Origin: an uncultured bacterium
GTDB taxonomy: Bacteria > Acidobacteriota > Aminicenantia > Aminicenantales > Saccharicenantaceae
DNA length: 64,000 nucleotides
Assembly (NCBI GenBank): GCA_963743755.1
Contig: CAVUQU010000003.1
Coordinates: 251,326 to 315,325, forward strand
Reading direction: 5' to 3'
Under the pieces are notes generated by a model, which worked only from the letters and a program-made list of their open reading frames with translations, did no database searches and was not told the origin of the DNA. The position numbers and the translations under genes are program-made. Below are positions 19,090 through 27,087 of this stretch, one piece after another; positions within the stretch are counted from its first letter, which is position 1; each line of letters begins with the position of its first letter.

Positions 19090-19979
19090 GGCTGCTTCCT
19101 CCGCTTGGCCGAGGTGGCGTTGGCGATGGTGTTGAGGATCATGATGATGACGAACAGGACGACGCCGGTCGCGAACAGGGCCTCCCGGTGCTCGCCGGTG
19201 GCGTAGCCCATCTCCAGGGCGATGTTGGAGGTCAGGGTCCGGACCGGGGCCAGGAGCGACCGGGGGATCTCGGCGGCGTTGCCGGCGACCATGATCACGG
19301 CCATGGTCTCGCCGATGGCCCGGCCCATGCCCAGGATGATGCTGGCGATGATGCCCGAGCGGGCGGCCGGGAAGAGGACCATCTTGACCGTCTGCCAGCG
19401 CGTCGCGCCCAGGGCGATCGAGCCCTTCGCGGTAGGACGGCGGGACGGCCTGGAGCGAGTCGACCGAGATGCGAGATGATCGTCGGCAGGATCATGATGC
19501 CCAGGATGATCGACGCGGCCAGGACCGAGAGGCCCGGACCGCCGAAGGTCTCGCGGATGAAGGGCACGAGGATGATGACGCCCATGAAGCCGTAGACGAC
19601 CGACGGGATCCCGGCCAGGAGCTCGATCACCGGCTTGATGAGGCGCCGGACCCGCTTCGAGGAGAACTCCGTCAGGACGATGGCGCAGGCCAGGCCGAAG
19701 GGAACGCCGATGACGAGGGCCCCGGCCGTGACGAATAGGGAGCCGACGATCATGGGCCAGCAGGCCGAAGAGCTTTTCCGAAGGATACCAGTTGGACCCT
19801 GCCAGGAAGCTCTTGAGGCCGTACTTGACCATGATCGGGGTGCCCTGGCCGACGATGAAGACCGTGATGACGACGAGGACGGACACGGCCGAGAACGCGA
19901 CGACGAGAAGGGCCAAGCGGACGAGCCGGTCGTTACGCTCGAGCCTGTTCTTTCCCGATTTTTTCGACGAAGCGTCCAT
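19086..19979 (-). pseudogene. pstC: phosphate ABC transporter permease PstC; three frame breaks
   Basis: N- and C-terminal parts share the ORF 19086-19979 frame. The middle part ([23 protein letters not shown]) is in a second frame and [15 protein letters not shown] is in the third. Extra bases near 19755-19758, 19470 and 19423-19425. Confidence 0.85.
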
Positions 19980-19994
19980 AGTCTGCCCGCCCGG

Positions 19995-20792
19995 TCACTT
20001 GATCGGGAGGAGCCCCTCCTTCCGGACCAGCTCCTGCCCTTCCGCGGACAGGACGAAGTCGATGAAGTCCCTGGCGTGGCCGGTGGGCTCCCCCTGGCTG
20101 ACGAAGAGGAACGGCCGGACGAGCTTGTAGCGCCCGTTCTCGATGTTCTCGTCGTTCGCGACGGCGCCGTCGAGCTCGAGGGCCCGGACCTGCTCGTTGA
20201 CCAGGCCCAGGGAGATGAAACCGATCGCATAGGGATCGTGGGCGACGATCTCCCGGACCGTCCCGTTGGAGTCCTCGGTGATGGCGCCCCGGAAGATCCG
20301 GGTCTTGCCCATGACCAGTTCCTGGAAGGCGCCCCGGGTCCCCGAGCCCTCCTCCCGGGTGACCACCGTGATGGCCCGGTCCGGCCCGCCCAAGAGCTTC
20401 CAGTTCCTCAGGTCCCCGGCGAAGATCTGCTTGATCTCGGCGATCTTGGCCCCGCGCACGGGATTCGAGGGGTGGACGATGATGGCCAGTCCGTCCCGGG
20501 CGACGACGATCTCGACGAGGTCCTTCTCGTCGCCCTTGAGATCCCGCGAGGACATGCCGATCTGGCAGGCGCCGCTCTTGCAGGCCTGGATGCCGGCGCT
20601 CGAGCCGCCGCCCTGGACGTTGACCCCATAGTCGGGGTGGGTCTCCATGAAGACCTCGGCCCACTTGTCGGCGAAGGGCTGGATGCTCGTCGAGCCGGCC
20701 AGGGTCAGGTCGGCCCGCTCCCCGCTCCGGCGGCAGGCGGAAAAAAGAGCGAGGCCGAGGGAGAACAGGATCAGGGCGGACCGGACGCGCAT
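19995..20792 (-). CDS. pstS: phosphate-binding protein PstS (lipoprotein)
   Basis: 265 aa, intact. Lipobox LALFSAC, plus LAGSTSIQP and GGGSSAGI motifs of PstS-family binding proteins. Confidence 0.9.
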   Translation of the reverse strand: MRVRSALILFSLGLALFSACRRSGERADLTLAGSTSIQPFADKWAEVFMETHPDYGVNVQGGGSSAGIQACKSGACQIGMSSRDLKGDEKDLVEIVVARDGLAIIVHPSNPVRGAKIAEIKQIFAGDLRNWKLLGGPDRAITVVTREEGSGTRGAFQELVMGKTRIFRGAITEDSNGTVREIVAHDPYAIGFISLGLVNEQVRALELDGAVANDENIENGRYKLVRPFLFVSQGEPTGHARDFIDFVLSAEGQELVRKEGLLPIK

Positions 20793-20800
20793 GAGAGCGA

Positions 20801-20828
20801 ATTATACTTAAAAGGGAAGTGCGGTCAA
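20801..20828 (-). promoter_or_regulatory. near-consensus sigma70 promoter of the pst operon (leaderless)
   Basis: Minus strand reads TTGACC (20823-20828) - 16 nt - TATAAT (20801-20806) - 8 nt - ATG 20792. The -35 overlaps the stop codon of the ABC-F gene. Confidence 0.65.
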
Positions 20829-22705
20829 TCTTCTCCAGCCGCATCGAGCTCCCGCATCCGGGCGTCGAATCCGGCCTTCTTCGACTCGTGGTCGGCGGTG
20901 AGCTTTTCGAGCTCTTCGAAGAGGCCGTCGATCGTCTTTTTCGTCCGGTGCATCTCCTTGGAGACCTCGACGACCCGGGCGCCCTGGCGGCTCTCGGACG
21001 CCTTGACCAGCTCGCCGTTGAGCCGGCGGAGGGCGGAGTCGTGCGCCTCGACGTCCTTCTCGATCGCGGCCAGACGCGTCTCGATCGGCCGCAGGGCCCG
21101 CGAGCGCTCGGCGACGATCTCGGAGCGCAGCCGCCGGAGCTCTTTGGGCGTCAACTTGGGACGCTCCCCGGCCCCCCCGTTCCCGGGCGGCGCCGCGGCG
21201 GCGATCGATCCCTGCATGATCTCGTCCCGCCAGCCGACCTTGTCCAGGAACCGCCGGTAGCCGCCCTCGTATACGACGACGTCGTCGTTGTCGAAGACGA
21301 CCAGTCGGTCGGCCAGGGCGTGGAGGAACATCTCGTTGTGGGTGACCATGACGACGGCGCCGTCGAACGCGTCGATGGCCTCGAGCAGGGCGTCGTTCGA
21401 CTCGATGTCGAGGTGGTTGGTCGGCTCGTCGAGCAGGAGCAGGTTGAGGGGCGTGGCGATGAGCTTGCCGAGCAGGACGCGGCTCTTCTCCCCGCCCGAC
21501 AGGACTCGGATGCGCTTGAGGGCGTCGTCGTCCTCGAACATCATCCCCCCGGCGATGAACCGGGCCCGCTTGGGATCGCCCTCGGGGTCGGCGGAGACGA
21601 TCTCCTCGAGGACGGTGTTGGACTCGGACAGGGTCGCGATGTGGGTCTGCTCGAAGTAGCCGGCCGCGACCGACTGCGGCGAGTCGACCGTCCCGGACAG
21701 CGGCTCGAGGTCCCCGGCGAGGAGCCGGAGCAGCGTCGTCTTGCCCCGGCCGTTGCGGCCGATGACGAAGACCCGGTCACCGGCCCCGATGCTGATCGAG
21801 AACCGGCGGATGAGGGGACGGTCGGGGGTGTAGCCGAACGAGAGGTCGCGGACGTCGAGGGCGTACTTGTGGTAGGAGGGCTTCTCGGCGAAGGCGAACT
21901 CGAGCGTCTTGATGGCCTCGAGCTTCTCCCGTTTCTCCATCTTCTGGAGCGATTTGACCCGGGACTGGACGAGGCCGCCGAGCCGGGCCTTGGCCCGGAA
22001 GCGGGTGATGAAGAGGTCCATCTCCTTCATCTTGCGCTCGTCGTTGACCCGGGTCTTCTCGTAGATCTCCTCTTCCGCGGCGATCTGCTCGTAGTACTTG
22101 CCGGTGTCGCCCTCGACCTTCCGGATCTTGCGCCGATGGATGCCGAGAACGTGGGTGACGACGTTGTCCATGAAGCTGCGGTCGTGGGTGATGAGCAGGA
22201 GCTCGCCCGGCCAGGCCGCGAGGAACCGTTCCAGCCAGCGGATGGAGGTGATGTCGAGGTAGTTGGAGGGCTCGTCGAGCAGGAGCATCTGGAAGTCGCC
22301 GACCAGGACCTTGGTCAGGTTGAGCCGGACCTGGAAGCCGCCCGACAGCTCCGACGGGCGCTTCTCGAGGTCGGCCGCGTCGAAACCGAGCCCGGTGAGG
22401 ACCTTCTCGACCCGCCAGATCTCGTTGGGGGCGTCGGGAGGCAGGGCCCGGGCGCCCTCGGCCAGGACCGTCGCCGCGGTGAAGCGCATCCTCTGCTCGA
22501 CGTAGCCGATACGGTATTTCCGCGGCTTGGTGATCGTCCCCTCATCGGGCTCATCCTCGCCGGTGATCATCCGGAAGAGGGTGGTCTTGCCGTGGCCGTT
22601 GCGGCCGACGACGCCCACCCGCTCCTTGCGGTTGACCTTGAAGCTGACGGAGTCGAAGAGGCCCTGTTTTCCGTAGCTCTTCGAGAGATTGTCGACGACG
22701 ATCAT
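20825..22705 (-). CDS. ABC-F family ATPase (two ABC cassettes, no TM domain)
   Basis: 626 aa, intact. Two Walker A motifs (GRNGHGKTT, GRNGRGKTT), two signature motifs (LSGGFQVR, LSGGEKSR) and a C-terminal coiled-coil tail. Confidence 0.9.
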   Translation of the reverse strand: MIVVDNLSKSYGKQGLFDSVSFKVNRKERVGVVGRNGHGKTTLFRMITGEDEPDEGTITKPRKYRIGYVEQRMRFTAATVLAEGARALPPDAPNEIWRVEKVLTGLGFDAADLEKRPSELSGGFQVRLNLTKVLVGDFQMLLLDEPSNYLDITSIRWLERFLAAWPGELLLITHDRSFMDNVVTHVLGIHRRKIRKVEGDTGKYYEQIAAEEEIYEKTRVNDERKMKEMDLFITRFRAKARLGGLVQSRVKSLQKMEKREKLEAIKTLEFAFAEKPSYHKYALDVRDLSFGYTPDRPLIRRFSISIGAGDRVFVIGRNGRGKTTLLRLLAGDLEPLSGTVDSPQSVAAGYFEQTHIATLSESNTVLEEIVSADPEGDPKRARFIAGGMMFEDDDALKRIRVLSGGEKSRVLLGKLIATPLNLLLLDEPTNHLDIESNDALLEAIDAFDGAVVMVTHNEMFLHALADRLVVFDNDDVVVYEGGYRRFLDKVGWRDEIMQGSIAAAAPPGNGGAGERPKLTPKELRRLRSEIVAERSRALRPIETRLAAIEKDVEAHDSALRRLNGELVKASESRQGARVVEVSKEMHRTKKTIDGLFEELEKLTADHESKKAGFDARMRELDAAGED

Positions 22706-22735
22706 GGAGTTGTCCCTGTCCTCGCAGGACCGGAT

Positions 22736-22741
22736 ATTATA
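22736..22741 (-). promoter_or_regulatory. -10 box (TATAAT) of ABC-F gene
   Basis: Minus strand reads GCTATAAT, 30 nt upstream of ATG 22705. Confidence 0.35.
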
Positions 22742-22756
22742 GCAGACCGGGCCGGA

Positions 22757-23182
22757 TTATTTCTTGGCCGCCTCGCCCGCCACGGTCTTGGTCTTGTGCG
22801 CGCCCTTGGTCACGTGGACGCGGTACCCGTCCTCGCCGGCGAGCCAGACCTCGGAGAGGATGTAGACCGTGATGTATTCCGTGTACGAAGGCGCGAAGTC
22901 CCCGACCTCGTCGAAGACGAGCTGGGGCGCGGGGAGAGGCGGGGCCGGCGCGGCGATCCTCTCGAGCACCGCGACCGGAGTTTCCTTGCCCGTCGCCTCC
23001 TGCCGCAGGATGAGCCCGCCTTCGGCCGTCTTGGAGACCGTATACTCCCCGGCGGCCAGGTTCTTGCCGGCCGCCTTGATCGGGAACGAGACCTTGAAGG
23101 ACGCCTGGGCCTCTGCCGCAGCGACGCCCGCGACGAGGAGGAGCGTCAGGGCCAAGCCCCGCGCCAATGCGTGTCTTTTCAT
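22757..23182 (-). CDS. secreted hypothetical protein
   Basis: 141 aa with signal peptide MKRHALARGLALTLLLVAGVAAAEA. No family recognised. Lies 15 nt downstream of the Tat-aminotransferase gene. Confidence 0.6.
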   Translation of the reverse strand: MKRHALARGLALTLLLVAGVAAAEAQASFKVSFPIKAAGKNLAAGEYTVSKTAEGGLILRQEATGKETPVAVLERIAAPAPPLPAPQLVFDEVGDFAPSYTEYITVYILSEVWLAGEDGYRVHVTKGAHKTKTVAGEAAKK

Positions 23183-23197
23183 CTCGAGCCTCCTTGC

Positions 23198-24564
23198 TCA
23201 GACGGTGACGTCGGCCGGATAGGCCGGAACCGGGTCGGGCGCGTCGGGCACGCCGTTCTTGACGGCTTCTTCCATGGCTTCGATGAACGTGTCGATCTCC
23301 TCGAGCGTCGTGTAGACGTTCGGCGAGATGCGGAGCGCCTGATAGTCGAAGACCGAGTTCGGCGGCGCCCCCCCGACGAGCGGGACGCAGATGATCCGGT
23401 AGTTGTTCCGCAGGAAGGTGGCCAGCGCCCGGACGTCGATGCCTTCGATATGGACGGCCATGACGCCCCAGGCCTGGGGCGGCTCGCTCGTCTCCGTCAG
23501 GACCTTGATCCGGGGGTGCACCTTGAGGGCGTTGACCCAGCGCATGTTCAGGTAGCGCAGGCGGGCCGCCTTCCGCTCGGCCCCGATGGCCTGGTGGAAG
23601 GCCAGCGATTCGCCGAGGGCCGCCCGGATGGCCCAGGGATGGGTCCCGATCGACTCGAACTTGCGGATGTCGTTGTCCTGCTGTTCCGGCGCGGCCTGGA
23701 GGGGCCAGAACCGCGGGATCATCTCCTTGCGGACGTAGAGGCAGCCGTTGCCGAGCGGGGCCAGCAGCCACTTGTGCAGGCTGACGCCGTAGGCGTCGCA
23801 CTCGAGGTCCCGGAGCTTGAACGGGAACTGTCCCAGGGCGTGGGCGCCGTCGACGATGGTGACGATGCCCTTGGAGCGGGCCAGCCGCGAGAGCCTCTTG
23901 ACCGGGAAGAGCTGGGCGGTCAGGTTCGTGATGTGGGTGAAGTGGAAGACCTTGGTCTTCGGCGTGATGGCCTTCTCGAACATGTTGTAGAGGAAGTCCT
24001 GCGTCGCCGGGCACCGGGAACTGCAGGCGCGTCACCTTGATGCCCTCGCGCCGCATCCGCTGGTCCCAGGTCGTCAGCATGCGGGGGTAATCCTGCTCGG
24101 TCGTGACGACCTCGTCGCCGGGCTTGAGGTCGATGCCGTTCTGGGCGATCTGCAGGGCCTCGCTGGCGCCGCGCGTCAGGGCCATCTCCTCGCGGTCGCA
24201 GCCGAACTCGTTGGCCATCCGCCGCCGCAGGGTCTCGCTGTTCCCGGCGACCATGCCCTGGTAGTGGACCGGCAGCATGTTGATCATGTCCATGTAGCGG
24301 AAGACCGAATCGAGCGCGACCCGCGGCATGGGACAGGTGAAGCCGTTGTTGAGGTTGATGAGCGAGCGGTCGAGCTTGAAGGCCAGCTGGACTCTCACGC
24401 CAGTAGAACTCGTCCTGGGCGACGTCCTCGGGCGTCCGCCCCGCCATCGACTGGGAGGCCTCGTCGATGCGCGCCAGTCCTTTCGGGTCGAAGGCCACGG
24501 CGGCCGCGCCGAACGCGCCGGCGGTGCGCAGGAACGATCTCCGGCTCCACTTTACGGACTTCAT
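23198..24564 (-). pseudogene. class V aminotransferase-fold PLP enzyme with twin-arginine signal; two frame breaks
   Basis: N-terminus MKSVKWSRRSFLRTAGAFGAAAVA (Tat motif) is in ORF 23920-24609. The middle part ..INLNNGFTCPMP.. is in ORF 22737-24398. The C-terminal 261 aa are ORF 23198-23983 (VDGAHALG, SLHKWL PLP-lysine context). Junctions near 24392-24398 and 24011-24016. Length is 3n+2. Confidence 0.8.
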
Positions 24565-24632
24565 GTCGGTCCTCCTCGGGTCAGGGGCCGCGCTTTCCGG
24601 CGCAGACACCGCCGGGGATTGTAATTCAGGTT

Positions 24633-24661
24633 TTGAGATGCCGTCAAGGATTCGCTATAAT
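24633..24661 (+). promoter_or_regulatory. sigma70-like promoter of L,D-transpeptidase gene (leaderless)
   Basis: TTGAGA (24633-24638) - 17 nt - TATAAT (24656-24661) - 9 nt - ATG 24671. Confidence 0.6.
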
Positions 24662-24670
24662 CGGACCGGC

Positions 24671-25537
24671 ATGGAGAACATGGGGAGATCGCAAGGCCGC
24701 CGGCTTGCAGCCGTCGCGCTCTTGTCCGTCTCCCTGGCCGCCTGCGCCGCGGGACCGGCCCGGCCGAGGACGCGGCCCACGCCGGCCGCCGCCGCGGAGC
24801 GCATCGGTCGCTGGGGCATCACTGTCGCCGTATACGAGCCGGCCCTTTACGGACCCGAGCACGCGCTCGAAGATCTCGTTGGGGCCTACAGCCTCGGTCT
24901 CAAGGACGGGAAGCTCAAAAAGGCCCGGCTGCTCGTCGTCAAGGCGCAGAGGCGTCTCGAGCTCTGGGTCGGGAAGCGGATGGTGAAAGCCTACCGGATC
25001 CAGCTGGGCATCGTGCCGCGCGGGGCCAAAGTGCGTCAAGGGGACCGGAAGACACCGGAGGGGGACTATTTCGTCTGCGCCCATTCCACAAGTTCTTACT
25101 ACCTCGCCCTTTGGATCTCCTATCCGAACCGGACGGACGCGCGCCGGGGACTTTCGGAAGGGAGGATCGGCCCCCGGGAATCGGAGGAGATCGCGGGCGC
25201 GCTCGCGGCGGGCCGCTGCCCTCCCCAGCGCACGAAGCTCGGCGGGGACCTTCTCATCCACGGCCAGCCCCCGGAGTACGCGGCGGAGGTCGCCGCGGCC
25301 CACAGGGCCGCATCCGTCCCGCTACGAAAGGGACTCCGTCCCGGCGATGTCGATCCCGCGGCCGTCAGGGAATACCAGGACTGGACGGACGGGTGCGTCG
25401 CGCTCTTCAATCCGGATATCCGGGAACTCTACGCATTCGTTCCCGACGGGACGCCGATCAGGATCGTGGCGGACGGGCCGATCACTCCCCCTCGACCCGA
25501 CCGGCCGGTGAAAACCGCCGGCGCCGCACGTCAGTAA
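24671..25537 (+). CDS. L,D-transpeptidase (YkuD-fold) lipoprotein
   Basis: Start MENMGRSQGRRLAAVALLSVSLAAC (lipobox). Catalytic region LLIHGQP...DWTDGCVAL (His / Gly-Cys motif). Confidence 0.8.
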   Translation: MENMGRSQGRRLAAVALLSVSLAACAAGPARPRTRPTPAAAAERIGRWGITVAVYEPALYGPEHALEDLVGAYSLGLKDGKLKKARLLVVKAQRRLELWVGKRMVKAYRIQLGIVPRGAKVRQGDRKTPEGDYFVCAHSTSSYYLALWISYPNRTDARRGLSEGRIGPRESEEIAGALAAGRCPPQRTKLGGDLLIHGQPPEYAAEVAAAHRAASVPLRKGLRPGDVDPAAVREYQDWTDGCVALFNPDIRELYAFVPDGTPIRIVADGPITPPRPDRPVKTAGAARQ

Positions 25538-27087
25538 GGCCGCGCGGCGGGACGATCGCTGTATGTGATCAGCTCGTCGATCCGGATGAACTCGTCCGGC
25601 CTCGGATTGATCAGCTTCAGCTTGAGCGTGTGCCTGCCGTTGTCGAGCTTGTAGCCCCAGGCTACCTCGAGCCGCCGGACGAGGTCGTCGACCGGCATGG
25701 CGACGACGACGGGGGCCCGGTCGTCGAGCCCGATCTCGATCTGGTAAACGTGGGCATCGGTCCCGTGTTCGGCCATCTTGGACGGCCCCCCGGTCAGGAC
25801 ATAGCCCGTGCCCTCGAAAGCGATCTCCGCCGTCGTCTCGAGACGCAGGCCGAGCCTCCGCCGCTCGACCGGATAGCAGCCTTCGAAGCTCACCTCGAGC
25901 GGGACGGCCCTGACGGCTTCGACGGGGAGACGGACGGTCTCCCCTTCCACGGTGCCGCCGTTGCGGCGGACCATCTCGAGGGCCTGCTCGAGGCCCGTCG
26001 CATAGACCTTTTCGAGCGACAGCCCGGTGTACGGGAAGGGCCTGTCCTCGATGGCCTTGACCGGGTCCCGCCAGACCGGAGGGATCCCCTCGTACCCGAG
26101 CATGGTCCCGAGGATGCCGCCGGCGCTGGCCGGGTTGCAGTCGGAATCCTGGCCGCACCGGGTCGCGATCTCGAGGGTCCGCCCGAAATCCCCTCCCCCG
26201 TAGAGCAGGCCGATGACGATGTAGGCCCCGTTGACGCGGGCGTCGATGTTGCCGGGATCGAAGACGAAGTCCGGACAGCCGACGTCCTGGGCCCATTTGC
26301 GCTCGACCTCGAACCAGGCCTTCTTCCAGTCGGACGGGTCGGCCCGGTGGCAGGCGACGACGTCACGGATGCACCGGGCGAAATTCGACTCCGGCGGCAG
26401 GACCTTCAAGGCTTCCTCGACGACGTATCCGGTGTCCGCGCTGACGAAGGCCAGGCTGTACATGGCCGCCACGTACACGCCGCCGTACCAGCCGTCGCCG
26501 TAATTCATGATGTGGCCGATGCGGTCACAGATCTCCGCCCCGGCGTTGACCAGGCCCGGGCTCATCAGCCCGGCGAAGTCGGCCTCGATCTGGAAGTCGA
26601 TGTCGTCGGCGTGGGGCGAGTTCGTCCAGTGGCCCGAGTCCGGCGGCAGGAGCCCGTTGAGGACGTTGTAACGGGCGGCCTGGTTGGCGTGCCAGAGCGG
26701 GTAGCCGGCCCGGGCGAAGGCCTGGGCGTGACTGGACGCCGGAGCGTCTATCCCCTCGCGGGCCATGACCTCGAGGAAGGTCAGGTCCATGTAGACGTCG
26801 TCGTAGAGCCCGGGCGACCTCTCGAACCTCGCGGCCACGAGCGACTCGTTCCAGGGGATGGCCTGGTAGTCGGGAATCATGGCGCCGGGGAAGCGGAACT
26901 CCGTCGGCCCGCCGAACGTGCAGCCGATGACCTGGCCGGCCCAGCCGCCCTTGATCTTGTCGAAGAGCTCGGAGCGGCTGAGCTCGGTCTTCGGACCGGC
27001 GGGGCCGCCGGCCGTTTCCGGCTTCCGGCAGGCGGACGCCGTGACCGCCGTGGCCAGCACGAGCCACACCGCGAGGTGCTTCTTCAT
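25531..27087 (-). CDS. ADP-ribosylglycohydrolase-family lipoprotein with C-terminal beta-rich extension
   Basis: Start ATG 27087 (MKKHLAVWLVLATAVTASAC lipobox) overlaps the S46 stop (ATGA). ARH-like motifs GGWAGQVIGCTFGGPTEF and CGQDSDCNPASAGGILG. The upstream part of track ORF 25531-27879 is out-of-frame S46 sequence. Confidence 0.75.
   Translation of the reverse strand: MKKHLAVWLVLATAVTASACRKPETAGGPAGPKTELSRSELFDKIKGGWAGQVIGCTFGGPTEFRFPGAMIPDYQAIPWNESLVAARFERSPGLYDDVYMDLTFLEVMAREGIDAPASSHAQAFARAGYPLWHANQAARYNVLNGLLPPDSGHWTNSPHADDIDFQIEADFAGLMSPGLVNAGAEICDRIGHIMNYGDGWYGGVYVAAMYSLAFVSADTGYVVEEALKVLPPESNFARCIRDVVACHRADPSDWKKAWFEVERKWAQDVGCPDFVFDPGNIDARVNGAYIVIGLLYGGGDFGRTLEIATRCGQDSDCNPASAGGILGTMLGYEGIPPVWRDPVKAIEDRPFPYTGLSLEKVYATGLEQALEMVRRNGGTVEGETVRLPVEAVRAVPLEVSFEGCYPVERRRLGLRLETTAEIAFEGTGYVLTGGPSKMAEHGTDAHVYQIEIGLDDRAPVVVAMPVDDLVRRLEVAWGYKLDNGRHTLKLKLINPRPDEFIRIDELITYSDRPAARPY

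Noticed and set aside
20819-24040. 1073-aa plus-strand ORF
   Set aside because: It is a shadow ORF antisense to the ABC-F gene, the secreted protein gene and the aminotransferase gene. The sequence is low-complexity and no family resemblance is seen.
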